58,709 nucleotides of DNA from Prevotella sp. (GCA_031285625.1 JAITVV010000058.1:1-58709), one strand, 5' to 3'; shown: positions 19,153-31,465, numbered from the stretch's first letter. The notes: a model not told the origin generated them from the sequence alone. Numbers and translations: made by a program.

Positions 19153-21765
19153 GTGTCAAAAAAGATTGCCGAAACACCCATGATGAAACAGTATTTTGAG
19201 ATCAAGAGTAAACATCCTGATGCTATATTGTTGTTTCGTGTGGGAGACTTTTATGAGACATTTTCACAAGATGCCATCGATACTGCCGAGATAGTTGGGA
19301 TTACGTTAACCCGACGTGCAAATGGGTCTGCACAATTTGTTGAATTAGCAGGATTCCCACATCATGCATTGGATACTTATTTGCCTAAACTAGTCCGTGC
19401 AGGCAAACGCGTAGCTATCTGCGACCAATTAGAAGATCCTAAACTGACGAAGAATATAGTCAAAAGAGGTATTACCGAGCTAGTTACTCCCGGAGTATCT
19501 ATTAATGATAATATCCTCAACCATAAAGAGAATAATTTCCTTTGCGCCATCCATTTTGCTAAGAGTAGTTGTGGTATATCACTTCTTGATATATCTACAG
19601 GTGAGTTTATGGTAGCTGAGGGAACAAAAGAATATATTGATAAATTGCTCACTAATTTCTCTCCTAAAGAAGTTTTGGTAGAGCGAAGCAGAAAAAAACA
19701 ATTTGAGGAATTTTTTGGTACCCGCTTTTTTATTTTCGAACTGGAAGACTGGGTCTTTACAGAAAGCACAGCTCGGGATCGTCTGCTCAAACATTTTGAA
19801 ACTAAGAACTTAAAAGGTTTTGGAGTTGAGCACCTCACAAATGGTGTAATTGCTGCCGGTACAATCTTACATTACCTGGATGTAACCCAACACACGCAAA
19901 TAGGGCATATAACAGCACTTTCGCGTATTGAGGAAGATAAATATGTCCGTTTGGATAAGTTTACAGTACGGAGTCTGGAACTTATTTCCACCATGAATGA
20001 GGGAGGAAAAACACTTCTGGATGTCTTGGATAAAACCGTATCTCCGATGGGCGCCCGTATGTTGCGCCGTTGGTTGGTTTTTCCTTTGAAAGATGCCAAG
20101 CCTATCAATAGCCGGTTGGCAGTAGTGGAGTATTTCTTTAAAGATCTGGAGCTTAAAAATTTACTTGAAGAGCAGCTGTCTTTAATAGGAGACCTTGAGC
20201 GTATTATATCAAAAGTTGCTGTCAACAGAATAACACCGCGCGAAGTAGTTCAACTAAAAGTAGCACTGAAAGCTATAGAGCCAATCCGCAATGCGTTTTT
20301 GGCATCGGATGAACCGAGTTTGAGAGAAATAGGGGAGAAACTTAATCCTTGCCCTGTTATCAGGGATCGTATTGAAAAACAAATACAACCCGATCCCCCT
20401 GCACAAATTAATAAAGGAAACGTAATAAATAGAGGAGTTAATTCAGATCTTGATGAATTACGGGATATTGCTTACTCAGGAAAGGATTATTTGTTGAAAA
20501 TCCAACAGAGAGAAACCGAGACTACAGGGATATCTTCCCTAAAGATAAGCTTCAACAGCGTATTTGGATATTATATTGAAGTGCGTAACGCACATAAGGA
20601 TAAAGTTCCTGCAGACTGGATACGTAAGCAAACCCTTGTGAATGCCGAACGCTATATTACACAGGAACTGAAAGAATATGAAGAAAAAATATTAGGCGCT
20701 GAAGAGAAAATATTGAGTCTGGAAACAAGTATCTACAATGACTTGATATTTAGCCTGATCGAATATATTCCAACAATACAATTGAATGCAAATCTGATAG
20801 CTCAGACTGATTGTCTTTTATCATTCGCAAAGGCAGCTAAGGAAAATAAATATATCCGTCCTGAGATAAACGAAACCGATGCTTTAAAAATCAGGAATGG
20901 CAGACACCCTGTAATTGAAAAACAGTTACCATTAGGTGAATCATACATTGCCAATGATGTTTTTCTGGATAATGATAAACAACAAATCATTGTTATCACC
21001 GGACCTAATATGGCCGGTAAGTCGGCTTTGCTTCGTCAAACAGCTTTGATAACATTGATGGCACAAGCCGGAAGCTTTGTTCCTGCCGAGGCTGCTCAAA
21101 TAGGATTAGTCGACAAAATCTTCACCCGTGTAGGAGCTTCAGATAATATTTCTTTAGGAGAATCTACATTTATGGTAGAAATGAATGAAGCTTCAGATAT
21201 CTTAAATAATTTATCGTCGAAAAGCCTTGTTTTATTCGATGAATTGGGACGTGGAACGAGTACTTATGATGGTATCTCCATTGCCTGGGCTATCGTTGAA
21301 TATATTCATGAACATCCCAAAGCAAGGGCTAAGACCCTGTTTGCAACTCACTATCATGAGCTGAATGAAATGGAAAAATCCTTTAAGCGGATAAAGAATT
21401 TTAATGTTTCGGTAAAAGAAATCGACAATAAGATCATTTTTTTACGCAAATTAGTACCGGGAGGAAGTGAACATAGTTTTGGTATCCATGTTGCTAAAAT
21501 GGCAGGTATGCCACAGAGCATAGTGAAACGGGCTAATTCGATCTTGAAACAACTGGAATCTGATAACCGGAAACAGGGTATATCTAAACCAATAACAGAC
21601 ATTAAAGAAAACAGGGAGGGATATCAATTGAGTTTCTTCCAGTTGGACGATCCTGTCCTCAGCCAAGTGAGAGATGAAATCAAATCTCTTGATGTAAATA
21701 ATTTAACTCCAATGGAAGCCTTAAATAAACTAAATGATATAAAGAAGATAGTTTCGGGAAAATAA
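19153..21765 (+). CDS. mutS: DNA mismatch repair protein MutS
   Basis: [47 protein letters not shown]. Confidence 0.99.
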   Translation: MSKKIAETPMMKQYFEIKSKHPDAILLFRVGDFYETFSQDAIDTAEIVGITLTRRANGSAQFVELAGFPHHALDTYLPKLVRAGKRVAICDQLEDPKLTKNIVKRGITELVTPGVSINDNILNHKENNFLCAIHFAKSSCGISLLDISTGEFMVAEGTKEYIDKLLTNFSPKEVLVERSRKKQFEEFFGTRFFIFELEDWVFTESTARDRLLKHFETKNLKGFGVEHLTNGVIAAGTILHYLDVTQHTQIGHITALSRIEEDKYVRLDKFTVRSLELISTMNEGGKTLLDVLDKTVSPMGARMLRRWLVFPLKDAKPINSRLAVVEYFFKDLELKNLLEEQLSLIGDLERIISKVAVNRITPREVVQLKVALKAIEPIRNAFLASDEPSLREIGEKLNPCPVIRDRIEKQIQPDPPAQINKGNVINRGVNSDLDELRDIAYSGKDYLLKIQQRETETTGISSLKISFNSVFGYYIEVRNAHKDKVPADWIRKQTLVNAERYITQELKEYEEKILGAEEKILSLETSIYNDLIFSLIEYIPTIQLNANLIAQTDCLLSFAKAAKENKYIRPEINETDALKIRNGRHPVIEKQLPLGESYIANDVFLDNDKQQIIVITGPNMAGKSALLRQTALITLMAQAGSFVPAEAAQIGLVDKIFTRVGASDNISLGESTFMVEMNEASDILNNLSSKSLVLFDELGRGTSTYDGISIAWAIVEYIHEHPKARAKTLFATHYHELNEMEKSFKRIKNFNVSVKEIDNKIIFLRKLVPGGSEHSFGIHVAKMAGMPQSIVKRANSILKQLESDNRKQGISKPITDIKENREGYQLSFFQLDDPVLSQVRDEIKSLDVNNLTPMEALNKLNDIKKIVSGK

Positions 21766-21907
21766 TTTTCAATTACTACATCTAAAAAAAGTAGTTCTCG
21801 CTTATTCCAAGATAGCTTTATTACTTATTTGATTTAAATCCAATTCTTATTGTATTTTTTACTATATTGTACCTGAGCAAAATGCTTACATCAAAAATAT
21901 AGTTGCC

Positions 21908-22654
21908 ATGAAAAAGTATATTTTACTAATTTTAATTGGCTTATGCGTTATATCTGCAATATGTGCACAGACTAAGTTGACTGAAAAGAAATCCAGATAT
22001 GAGTTCGAGTTTCGTCCTGAAGTCAGACTTGACGGACCATATTTTTTTGCTAGTTTTACTGTTATAGCTGAAAAACTTTGGGGATACGATGACATAAGCT
22101 TAAAAATAAGCGATGTAAAGATTACCCATTTTGTAGAATACAGGTATAAAGAAAAAGTATACCATGCTTCACAGTTTGGAAAAGAGTCATTTTCTACTGA
22201 TTGTATAAGTTTATATTTAGCCAAAGTAGATCTTTGTCTTTGTCTACAGCAGGTTGAAGTGAAATGTAAGGAAGCAAACTTATACAGTGGATATCTTTTA
22301 ACAGAGAAAAAAGATTTGAATCTTCGAGAAAATACAACAGTGAAGGATATATGGCGATTAGTCAATATAAAAACTTCCAAACCTGTATATAAGGGAAAAT
22401 GTAAAGAATTAGAATCATCTATCCAAAAATTTGTAGATGGAGGAGGAAAAGGGCGACCAGACACAACTCCCCCTGTGCTGGTATTTCCCAATGAGGAAAA
22501 TAATAATTCATCATCAGATGATCCTGGGACAGTAATCCCCCCTAAAAAGAAACCCAAAGAAATTGACTGCTATCCTCCTTCTCCAAAGATACCTCTGGAA
22601 AAAACCGGACAAATAAAATCTGATGGTACTACTGTTCCTGCGAAACAGAACTAA
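21908..22654 (+). CDS. Hypothetical exported protein with Pro-rich C-terminus
   Basis: Signal peptide MKKYILLILIGLCVISAICAQ; no family recognised. Confidence 0.65.
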   Translation: MKKYILLILIGLCVISAICAQTKLTEKKSRYEFEFRPEVRLDGPYFFASFTVIAEKLWGYDDISLKISDVKITHFVEYRYKEKVYHASQFGKESFSTDCISLYLAKVDLCLCLQQVEVKCKEANLYSGYLLTEKKDLNLRENTTVKDIWRLVNIKTSKPVYKGKCKELESSIQKFVDGGGKGRPDTTPPVLVFPNEENNNSSSDDPGTVIPPKKKPKEIDCYPPSPKIPLEKTGQIKSDGTTVPAKQN

Positions 22655-22847
22655 ATATTATGCGAGATTTGTTAATATCTTTTAAGTAAATGAAAACAAA
22701 TTGTTTTTTAAGGGTGGAAATTATTGAATAGCAGAACTCTATACCAGAGTGTTTTTATGTTAATAAAGTTATATTACATGAATATTTTTTTGTTCCTTTG
22801 CAGCCTAAAGCAAACATACAAACATCCATATATAGCAGTCAAAAAAA

Positions 22848-23789
22848 ATGAATCGAAAAAAGATATTGGTTACCGGAGGTGCAGGATTTATAGGTTCACA
22901 TCTTTGCCAAAGATTGCTTCAGGACGGAAATGAAGTTTTATGCCTGGATAACTATTTTACCGGGTCCAAAGATAATATCATACACTTATTAGATAATCCC
23001 TATTTTGAGATAATCCGTCATGATGTCGTTCATCCGTTTCATGTAGACGTAGATGAAATTTATAATCTGGCATGCCCCGCGTCACCGGTTCATTATCAGT
23101 ATAATGCAATCAAGACCATCAAAACCTCAGTGATGGGTGCTATAAATATGCTTGGGCTCGCTAAGCGATTAAAGGCTAAAGTATTGCAAGCATCCACAAG
23201 TGAAGTTTATGGAGATCCGAATGTACATCCGCAACCGGAATCATATTGGGGAAACGTAAATCCGATAGGCATACGGTCTTGTTATGATGAAGGAAAACGT
23301 TGTGCCGAAACCTTATTTATGGACTATCATCGTCAGAATGGAGTTAAAATAAAAATCGTACGTATTTTTAATACATACGGACCAAATATGAACCCAAATG
23401 ATGGCCGGGTTGTTTCTAACTTTATAGTACAAGCATTAAAGGGAGAAGATATAACAATATATGGTGATGGACAACAGACTCGTAGTTTTCAATATGTAGA
23501 CGATCTGGTAGAAGCAATGATACGAATGATGGCTACCGATGATTCCTTTACAGGCCCTGTAAATACGGGAAATCCGGGAGAGTTTACAATGATTGAATTA
23601 GCAAATCTGGTTCTTGAACTGACTGCATCTAAGTCTAAGTTGATTTTTAAACCATTACCTAGCGATGATCCTAAGCAAAGAAAGCCAGATATTTCCCTTG
23701 CTAAGGAAAAGTTAGGATGGGAACCAAAAATACAATTAAAGGATGGGTTAATTAAAACAATAGATTATTTTGATAAAATATTAAAATGA
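22848..23789 (+). CDS. UDP-glucuronate decarboxylase (UDP-xylose synthase family)
   Basis: [49 protein letters not shown]. Confidence 0.93.
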   Translation: MNRKKILVTGGAGFIGSHLCQRLLQDGNEVLCLDNYFTGSKDNIIHLLDNPYFEIIRHDVVHPFHVDVDEIYNLACPASPVHYQYNAIKTIKTSVMGAINMLGLAKRLKAKVLQASTSEVYGDPNVHPQPESYWGNVNPIGIRSCYDEGKRCAETLFMDYHRQNGVKIKIVRIFNTYGPNMNPNDGRVVSNFIVQALKGEDITIYGDGQQTRSFQYVDDLVEAMIRMMATDDSFTGPVNTGNPGEFTMIELANLVLELTASKSKLIFKPLPSDDPKQRKPDISLAKEKLGWEPKIQLKDGLIKTIDYFDKILK

Positions 23790-23797
23790 ATTATATT

Positions 23798-24427
23798 ATG
23801 AAAGCACTGCTGAAAGTTGGATTATTATCTGTATTGTTTTTGTTTGTAACAATGGCATCCGCACAGAATAAAATAGTTACCGTTGGAGTAAGGGCTGGAG
23901 TTAACTTTTCAGGAGTTTCTAATGGTGCTCCCGGAGATAAAACGAAAGTAGGATTCAATTTTGGGATGACTGCAGACTTCAGGCTGTCTGATGAAATGTA
24001 TTTACTTACAGGATTAGAGTATACAGTGAAAGGAACTAAAGGTAATGATTATATCGAGAGCGAGAAAGTTCATTTTATTACAAAGGAAAAGCCTGCTTAC
24101 TTACAACTACCACTTCATGTCGGTTATTTATGGGCGATAAACAGAGATTTTCGACTAATGTTTCATGCTGGTCTTTATGCCGCATATGGAGTAGGCGGTA
24201 AGGTTAATAGAAAGTGGGTTTATGAAGATCGTACAGAGACGGGTAAGATAGACTACTTTGGTGTAGGTGTTAGTAAGTTTGATTGGGGACTAGGAGGTGG
24301 AATAAATGTTGAATATGACAGATATGTTCTAGGATTGGGTTATGACCATGGTCTCAGAAATATTTCTCCTGAATATGGTAATGGACACATCCGAAATTTT
24401 TATATAACTCTTGGATATTTATTTTAA
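23798..24427 (+). CDS. Small outer-membrane beta-barrel (porin family)
   Basis: Signal peptide, GVRAGVNFS, YLQLPL, YAAYGVGG, terminal LGYLF. Confidence 0.85.
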   Translation: MKALLKVGLLSVLFLFVTMASAQNKIVTVGVRAGVNFSGVSNGAPGDKTKVGFNFGMTADFRLSDEMYLLTGLEYTVKGTKGNDYIESEKVHFITKEKPAYLQLPLHVGYLWAINRDFRLMFHAGLYAAYGVGGKVNRKWVYEDRTETGKIDYFGVGVSKFDWGLGGGINVEYDRYVLGLGYDHGLRNISPEYGNGHIRNFYITLGYLF

Positions 24428-24436
24428 AAATAAAAG

Positions 24437-25153
24437 ATGAAACTTTCAATTATTATTCCTGCTTATAATGAGGCCAGAACTATTCACTTTATATTGGATA
24501 AGGTAGTAGCTGTGCAATTGATAGGTGGCATTGAAAAGGAAATAATCATTGTAAATGATTGCTCTAAAGATGATACTGTAGAGGTAGTACAGGCGTATAT
24601 TGCTAATCATTCCGGTTGTGATATGAAGCTTTTCGAACAACCAATAAATATGGGTAAAGGAGCAGCTCTGCATAGGGGAATAAAAGAGGCTACAGGAGAC
24701 TATCTCATTATTCAGGATGCCGATCTGGAATATGACCCGGAAGAATATAATATACTTTTAAAACCGGTCATAGATGGCTTTGCTGATGTTGTTTACGGAT
24801 CACGTTTTATGGGAGGTAAGCCACATCGCATTCTTTTCTTCTGGCATTCGATAGGCAACCGTATGCTTACATTTGTATCCAATATGTTTACCAATCTGAA
24901 CCTTACCGACATGGAAACATGTTATAAACTTTTCCGCTCGGACATAATTAAATCTATTCCGTTGCAGGAGAGACGTTTTGGCTTTGAACCTGAGGTTACG
25001 GCCAAAGTATCCAGATTTCCTAATGTGAGAATATATGAGGTGGGTATCTCTTATTATGGACGTACTTATGAAGAAGGGAAGAAGATTGGTTGGAGAGATG
25101 GTATGAGAGCCTTTGTCTGTATGCTTAAATATGGTTTGTTCAGAATGAAATAA
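24437..25153 (+). CDS. GT2 glycosyltransferase, DPM1/ArnC-like
   Basis: [46 protein letters not shown]. Confidence 0.92.
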   Translation: MKLSIIIPAYNEARTIHFILDKVVAVQLIGGIEKEIIIVNDCSKDDTVEVVQAYIANHSGCDMKLFEQPINMGKGAALHRGIKEATGDYLIIQDADLEYDPEEYNILLKPVIDGFADVVYGSRFMGGKPHRILFFWHSIGNRMLTFVSNMFTNLNLTDMETCYKLFRSDIIKSIPLQERRFGFEPEVTAKVSRFPNVRIYEVGISYYGRTYEEGKKIGWRDGMRAFVCMLKYGLFRMK

Positions 25154-25165
25154 TATCTATTTCAG

Positions 25166-26974
25166 TTATTGGGAAGTACTACTGCTATGATCTTTTAAGG
25201 TAGTGGTAATTTTCTCTACGCATTCCTCTTTTACTCGAAATCCATTTTGGATGGATGTTCCTCTAGCTTCGATTATTTCAGTGTTTTTGAGCTTATCCGT
25301 GTAAATAAACTTATTCATGCAAGGTAGTTTATCAAAACTCCTGCCAGCTACATCTTCAGATATATAGATAGAAATATTGTTAGATTTATATTCTGAAAAT
25401 TCTGTGGAAATATCTTTTACTTTTATTTGATATTTAGATGAGTAAGGTTCATATAAGATAATGTAAAGTGGAGGCCTTTCGTCTGAAGCTGGTATCAATG
25501 TCAAAAATTTAGCGAAGTTAATAGTCCTATTGATACTTAGACATAATACTAGAACACTTATAACTAAAAATATTTTTGACCCGGCTTTAGGAGCGCATAT
25601 TGATTCTTTATTTTTAATTAATAATATTACATGAGAAATAAGAAATATCATTCCAAAGATAGATCCCAAGGCAAATCTGAAATCAGGAGCTGATATAAAC
25701 CAGTAATATAATGCTAAGAGAGTTGCGAAATATATTATATAGATATTCTTATTAATGTTTCTCTTTTTTATTATGCTGAAAACAATTGCAATAGGGGAAA
25801 GCAGTATGACTAAATAAAACAGGTCAAGAATTATGGCATGTATAAATAATATCTTGAAGCTATATATATTATTATTGTAGGAGAATAAAGTAAATGTATA
25901 TAATTCATTAAATCTTTCTCTTGCATAGCTGAAAATATAATTATACTGCCATTCGGCTACTGCTTCTGGTACTTTCCAATCAACGTCAAACAAGTCAATT
26001 TGATAAATGGGGTATACAAGATATCCGGATACAATGATATTACGGGTTACCCATAATGCCACAATAAGAATAGGAACTGCTGTATAAAAAATAGTTAAAG
26101 AAAATTTTCTTTTTTTGATCAAATAAAAAAATAGATATAGGCTGATAAAACAAAGTGGAAAAACAGATAACTTGAAAGTAACAAGCGTTATAGGGAGCAG
26201 TATCGATAATAATAAGTTTTTTGTCAAGTGTTTTGGATATAGTACAAATCTAGATATGTAATAAAAAACACAAATATTTGGTATAATATCTGTAGATGAA
26301 TCGGTTAGGCCATCACTATTCATAGAGAAAAAAATGAATAATAAAATTAAAAGAATTATTCTGTCTAATCTGAATTTAGAATTTATGGCCTCTAGACAGA
26401 CCCAACCTATAACAAATGTAAACAATATATCCTGAAACAAATACAAAGGTTCATGAAACAGGAATCTGAATGTAAATATTGCAGATATTAAGAAATAATT
26501 AGAATTAAAGGCTAAGTGATCTTTGAGATTTCCAATTCCTGGCGTAACAGGATACTCTTCATTCCATCTGATATTTTGATAATGGTAAAATATTGAGTCG
26601 AATATTTTTTCGCTCCATAGAATATAAGTCAGAAACGATAAGATGAATAACATCAATACTATTTTCTGATTTCGGCTAAGCTGCGAAAAAGTATTTTTTG
26701 TCTTTTTTAACCAGATAAACAGTTTTTCACGATTTAAAAACCAATATGCAATGCTAATGACAGAATAAATGGCTAGTATATAGTGGTTTGAAGGAAGGAA
26801 AAAAGAGGTTGCGGATAGTAGGATCGTAATGAATATAATTCCTATAATGAATGTGTCAGCTAAGTTATATATTTCTTGTCTCTTAAATAGAGCATTGTAC
26901 AGTGAGACAAACATATCTCCAAAAGATAGTAAGATGAAAGATATAATTGTCCAGAGAGTTAATATAATTACCAT
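25166..26974 (-). CDS. Polytopic membrane protein, possibly GT-C-type glycosyltransferase
   Basis: Many TM segments with loop motifs DSIFYHYQ, PGIGNL, SSTD, NIIVSGYLVYP, APDFRF; start at MVIILTLW; visibly AT-rich. Confidence 0.65.
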   Translation of the reverse strand: MVIILTLWTIISFILLSFGDMFVSLYNALFKRQEIYNLADTFIIGIIFITILLSATSFFLPSNHYILAIYSVISIAYWFLNREKLFIWLKKTKNTFSQLSRNQKIVLMLFILSFLTYILWSEKIFDSIFYHYQNIRWNEEYPVTPGIGNLKDHLAFNSNYFLISAIFTFRFLFHEPLYLFQDILFTFVIGWVCLEAINSKFRLDRIILLILLFIFFSMNSDGLTDSSTDIIPNICVFYYISRFVLYPKHLTKNLLLSILLPITLVTFKLSVFPLCFISLYLFFYLIKKRKFSLTIFYTAVPILIVALWVTRNIIVSGYLVYPIYQIDLFDVDWKVPEAVAEWQYNYIFSYARERFNELYTFTLFSYNNNIYSFKILFIHAIILDLFYLVILLSPIAIVFSIIKKRNINKNIYIIYFATLLALYYWFISAPDFRFALGSIFGMIFLISHVILLIKNKESICAPKAGSKIFLVISVLVLCLSINRTINFAKFLTLIPASDERPPLYIILYEPYSSKYQIKVKDISTEFSEYKSNNISIYISEDVAGRSFDKLPCMNKFIYTDKLKNTEIIEARGTSIQNGFRVKEECVEKITTTLKDHSSSTSQ

Positions 26975-27047
26975 GTTTTTTAAAATATGATATTTAAATA
27001 AAATGGAAAAGCAAAAATAATTTTTTATTGTTGAATAGTGGTATGTT

Positions 27048-28166
27048 CTATAAACTTGATAAAAAAGAATCGATTGATTGTGTGAAATTACTCCACGATA
27101 ATCGGTTCTTCTCTTTTTTAAGGTTCTCTTTATAGGAGTCAATCAGTCCTCTCCGAGAAAAAAAGTCTTGTATTCCATCCGCTATTGCTTCTTCAGAAGC
27201 GACGGGAACTACCAGACCTGTATGAGATTCTTCCACACTGGGTCCTAAAGATCCTACATTTGTTGCAATCATTGGCAATTCCATTTGATAAGCGATAGCA
27301 ACTACGCCGCTTTGCGTCGCCGAACGGTAAGGTAAGATCAATACATCTGCCGCAGAAAAGAATACCGATACCATATTATCGGGAATGTATTGCTCATAAA
27401 CTTTTATATTCTCTTTATAAAGCAACTTTTCAATCAGCTCTGTATATTTTTCAAAGCCCCCATAACTTTCTCCGGCTATGATCAGCTGATAGCTATCATC
27501 GAGCTTATTCATTGTATTAATTAATATATCCAGGCCTTTATAATCCCTGATAAGTCCGAAAAAGAGCAGGTTCTTTTTATCGCCTCTTATACCTAATTGT
27601 TTGCACGCCGAATCTTTATCGATAGGATCTCCGTAATGATTATATATCGGATGAGGATATAATATAATTTTGGCATTCTTTCGCAACGATAATAGGCCTT
27701 CCTTAACAGACTCACTTAATACTATGAATGCATCACATCTGTTAAAGAAGAATTTAGCTAAAGGTTTATCTATAATCTTTTTTTCATGTGGAATCGCATT
27801 GTGTATAAGGGATACGACTTTTATCTTATTATTTAAGAACAGGCATATGGTAGCAAAGGCGGGAACCATAAATGACATCCAATATGGAATAATCAGTATA
27901 TCCGGTTTGCACCTATTTATATGCCTTGCTGTCTTTATATAACTAAACGGATTTATGCTATTCAATATGCGGTTGACTTCTATTTCAGAAGATTCTCCAT
28001 CAGGAACAAATTGAGTTTTACCCGGAAACAAGAAATCCGGATACATTGTTGTAAATGAGAATGCCTTCACCTGATGCTTTTTCGACAATTCAGTGTAGAA
28101 TTGTTCACTAAATTGGGCAATACCTCCCCGGTAGGGATGAAAAGGTGAAAGAAATGCTATTTTCAT
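27048..28166 (-). CDS. GT4 glycosyltransferase
   Basis: PYRGGIAQF, FFGLIRDYKGLD, PYRSATQSGV. Confidence 0.9.
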   Translation of the reverse strand: MKIAFLSPFHPYRGGIAQFSEQFYTELSKKHQVKAFSFTTMYPDFLFPGKTQFVPDGESSEIEVNRILNSINPFSYIKTARHINRCKPDILIIPYWMSFMVPAFATICLFLNNKIKVVSLIHNAIPHEKKIIDKPLAKFFFNRCDAFIVLSESVKEGLLSLRKNAKIILYPHPIYNHYGDPIDKDSACKQLGIRGDKKNLLFFGLIRDYKGLDILINTMNKLDDSYQLIIAGESYGGFEKYTELIEKLLYKENIKVYEQYIPDNMVSVFFSAADVLILPYRSATQSGVVAIAYQMELPMIATNVGSLGPSVEESHTGLVVPVASEEAIADGIQDFFSRRGLIDSYKENLKKEKNRLSWSNFTQSIDSFLSSL

Positions 28167-29197
28167 GAAAATTTCTTATCCAGAACTTTATGTATACGTG
28201 ATATAACGAGATCTTCAGAAATTCTTTCCAGGCATGCATAGTCACCTCTTTGGCATGGTAAATCGCCATAAACAGAGCAAGGTCTGCAGTCTAGATCTAT
28301 TTGTACAGCATTTTCGGGATCCTGTTTGAAACCATAGAATCCTAAAGAAGGATGTGTGGCTCCCCATATTGAAACGACTGGAACTTCTACTAAGGAAGCC
28401 AGATGCATATTTGCAGAATCCATTGATAGCATGATGTCCAGGTAATATATCAACAGGAGTTCTCTCTCCAGGTTTAGTTTACCCATTGTGTTTATAACAT
28501 TGGTGTGTTCCTTTGCCCATTTTGTTAATACCTTATCTTCCTCTTTGCCTGCTCCGAACAAGAATACGGTTGTGTTTGGTTCATTAGATAACCTTTCTAC
28601 AACCTTTTCCATTTTTTTGAGAGGGTAGATTTTTCCTTTATGTTTAGAAAACGGGGCTATCCCAATCCACTTTCCATTTTTCTCAGTAACAATGGCCCTG
28701 AGATTAGAAAAATCTTTAGGCATAAACTCCAGGATATTTGTAAATATCATCGGAGCTGGAAATCCAAGCCTGTCAAAAACATCCTGATACCGCTTTATTG
28801 TAGTCTCTAGCGGTGCCAATGTCTTATTTGTTATTAATTCTTTTTTGTCTTTTTTCCCTTTATCTATATAGGCAACTTTCCTCCCTGTCATAGCCATAAA
28901 GAAGCGAATTACCTTTGATCGGAGGACATTGTGTTCATCTGCTACATGAGAAAAGCCGAGGGTTGCGATTCTTCTCATCACCCTGAACATCCCCATAGTA
29001 CCCTTATGTCTGCCTCTAACATCAAGGGGGATAACGTTAATGTTAAACCCTAAGTTCTCAAAAAGTGGAGCAAAAGCTTTGCGTGTCATGACGGAAAAAC
29101 GATCTTGCGGATACTTTGCTGCAACAGAAAAGATGACAGGCACAAGCATTGCAACGTCTCCAAAGGAAGAGATACGGATTACTAATACTTTAGCCAT
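28163..29197 (-). CDS. GT9 (heptosyltransferase-like) glycosyltransferase
   Basis: IRISSFGDV, SMDSANMHLA, SIWGATHP, CRPC. Confidence 0.9.
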   Translation of the reverse strand: MAKVLVIRISSFGDVAMLVPVIFSVAAKYPQDRFSVMTRKAFAPLFENLGFNINVIPLDVRGRHKGTMGMFRVMRRIATLGFSHVADEHNVLRSKVIRFFMAMTGRKVAYIDKGKKDKKELITNKTLAPLETTIKRYQDVFDRLGFPAPMIFTNILEFMPKDFSNLRAIVTEKNGKWIGIAPFSKHKGKIYPLKKMEKVVERLSNEPNTTVFLFGAGKEEDKVLTKWAKEHTNVINTMGKLNLERELLLIYYLDIMLSMDSANMHLASLVEVPVVSIWGATHPSLGFYGFKQDPENAVQIDLDCRPCSVYGDLPCQRGDYACLERISEDLVISRIHKVLDKKFS

Positions 29198-29218
29198 AGT
29201 TATGTAATTTGTTTTATG

Positions 29219-29830
29219 TTATTTTGAATCTTTCCCATATAATACTGGATTAAGAGCCGGATCATTATACATTTTCATTTGTTTATACACTTTCATGTAT
29301 TTTTTTCCAGCTTCAATATCCTCTAATAATTCTTCTATAGCTGTAGATAAATCCTCACGTTGGGCGAGCAATATATCTAACTTTTTAGATACCTGTTCAT
29401 GATGATCTTTATCAGTATCTTTTCTGTCGACCTCTTGCTGCATGTGGTATATTTTCAGTGCAAGAATAGATAAACGGTCTATTGCCCATGCCGGACTTTC
29501 TGTATTTATCTGTGCTTCTGACAACACATTTATATCTTTATATTTATCGAGAAAATAGCTATCTATTAGCTCTACCAGGTCTGTCCTGTCCTGATTTGAT
29601 TTGTCTATCCTTCTTTTAATTTTTAAGGCTTCCTCCGGATTTATTTCCGGATCGCGGATAATATCCTCTAAATGCCATTGCACGGTATCAATCCAATTTT
29701 TCAGATATAGGAAATATTCAATTGACTTTTCCGGATATGGATTATGCATAGGAGCATCAACATTATCCGTTTTATGGTAATCGGATATAACTTGCTCAAA
29801 AATTGAGTTACTCAATTTAGTAAATGCCAT
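29219..29830 (-). CDS. DUF4254 family protein
   Basis: QWHLEDIIR, KRRIDKSNQDRTD, NTESPAWAIDRLSI, YKQMKMYND; typical GT9 neighbour. Confidence 0.85.
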   Translation of the reverse strand: MAFTKLSNSIFEQVISDYHKTDNVDAPMHNPYPEKSIEYFLYLKNWIDTVQWHLEDIIRDPEINPEEALKIKRRIDKSNQDRTDLVELIDSYFLDKYKDINVLSEAQINTESPAWAIDRLSILALKIYHMQQEVDRKDTDKDHHEQVSKKLDILLAQREDLSTAIEELLEDIEAGKKYMKVYKQMKMYNDPALNPVLYGKDSK

Positions 29831-29859
29831 GACTTTGGTGTTTTTAATGTTATTTATCT

Positions 29860-31404
29860 CTATTTTTTGCTAGCCCACGTTTCTCTATCCAAATTTCGGT
29901 AATTTATTGCTTCTGCCAAATGTTTTGATAGAATTTTTTCTGAATTATCTAAATCTGCAATGGTTCGGGATACTTTTAGTATACGGTCATATGCTCTTGC
30001 AGATAAATTGAACCTATCCATTGCCGTTTTTAACAATTGAAGCCCATTGTCATCGGGGGCTGCATATTTGGTCAACATTTTAGGAGTCATCTGTGCATTA
30101 CAGTGGATATTATCCACATCCCTGAATCGCTCATTTTGTATTTCCCTAGCTCTTATCACTCTTTCGCGTATCAGTTTGCTTGCTTCTGCAGGAGCTTTAT
30201 CCGATATTTTATCAAATGGTACGGGAACTATCTCAATATGGATATCGATACGATCCAATAAAGGGCCGGATATCTTATTCAAGTATTTTTGTACAGCTCC
30301 TCCCGGGCAGACACATTCTTTTTCAGGATGGTTGTAATATCCGCATGGGCATGGATTCATCGATGAAATCAGCATAAAACTGGCAGGATATTCCACTGTG
30401 AATCTTGATCTCGAGATAGCTATCTTCCGGTCTTCGAGAGGTTGTCTCATAACCTCAAGTACGCTACGGCTAAATTCGGGTAGTTCATCAAGGAATAGAA
30501 CTCCATTGTGTGCCAGGCTTATTTCTCCCGGCTGAGGGTAAGTGCCTCCTCCAACCAGTGCAACATCGGAGATTGTGTGATGTGGACTGCGAAAGGGCCT
30601 TTGTGCCATAAGTGAAGTTTCAGTACCTATTTTTCCTGCTACACTGTGTATCTTAGTTGTTTCCAGTGCTTCATAAAGTGTAAATGGAGGAAGAATAGAA
30701 GGCATACGCTTTGCCATCATTGATTTCCCTGCACCGGGAGGCCCTATCATTATCAGATTGTGGCCGCCGGCAGCAGCTACTTCCAAAGCACGTTTCACAT
30801 TTTCCTGACCTTTAACATCAGAAAAATCAAATTCGAAGAGATGTTGTGCACTATGAAATTCTGCGCGTGTATCAACTATCGTTTTCTCCAATTCGGTTCT
30901 ATCATTCAGGAATTCAATAACATCACGGATATTGTCGACCCCATATACATCCAGGCTATCAACTACAGCTGCTTCCCTGGCATTCTTTTGGGGTAAGATT
31001 ATGCCCTTGAATCCTGCTTCCCGTGCCTTTATAGCAATGGGAAGTACTCCTTTGATAGGCAGGATACTACCATCAAGAGATAATTCGCCCATAATCAGGT
31101 ATTCATCCAGCTTGTCCGGCATTATCGATTCTGATGCAGCAAGAATGCCAATGGCTAATGGGAGATCATAAGCAGTCCCTTCCTTACGTATATCTGCAGG
31201 AGACATGTTTATAATAATCTGCTGGCGTGGAAATTTATAGCCGTTTATTTGTAAAGCCGATACAATTCGCTCATGGCTCTCTTTTACAGATGCATCCGGT
31301 AAACCAACAAGCATAAATTTTATGCCTTTTGTACAATTTACCTCCATAGTAATGAGTGTAGCCTCTATACCCTGTACAGCGGCTCCAAATATTTTTATCA
31401 ACAT
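29860..31404 (-). CDS. comM: ComM/YifB Mg-chelatase-like AAA+ ATPase
   Basis: VGLPD, GPPGAGKSM, RPFRSPHH, PGEISLAHNGVLFLDELPEF, NPCPCG, ISGPLLDRID. Confidence 0.95.
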   Translation of the reverse strand: MLIKIFGAAVQGIEATLITMEVNCTKGIKFMLVGLPDASVKESHERIVSALQINGYKFPRQQIIINMSPADIRKEGTAYDLPLAIGILAASESIMPDKLDEYLIMGELSLDGSILPIKGVLPIAIKAREAGFKGIILPQKNAREAAVVDSLDVYGVDNIRDVIEFLNDRTELEKTIVDTRAEFHSAQHLFEFDFSDVKGQENVKRALEVAAAGGHNLIMIGPPGAGKSMMAKRMPSILPPFTLYEALETTKIHSVAGKIGTETSLMAQRPFRSPHHTISDVALVGGGTYPQPGEISLAHNGVLFLDELPEFSRSVLEVMRQPLEDRKIAISRSRFTVEYPASFMLISSMNPCPCGYYNHPEKECVCPGGAVQKYLNKISGPLLDRIDIHIEIVPVPFDKISDKAPAEASKLIRERVIRAREIQNERFRDVDNIHCNAQMTPKMLTKYAAPDDNGLQLLKTAMDRFNLSARAYDRILKVSRTIADLDNSEKILSKHLAEAINYRNLDRETWASKK

Positions 31405-31465
31405 TGTTATGCGAATTGTGTTCGAGCAACGCAAAGATAAATAAAAAAGTGTTATGCCCAATCTT

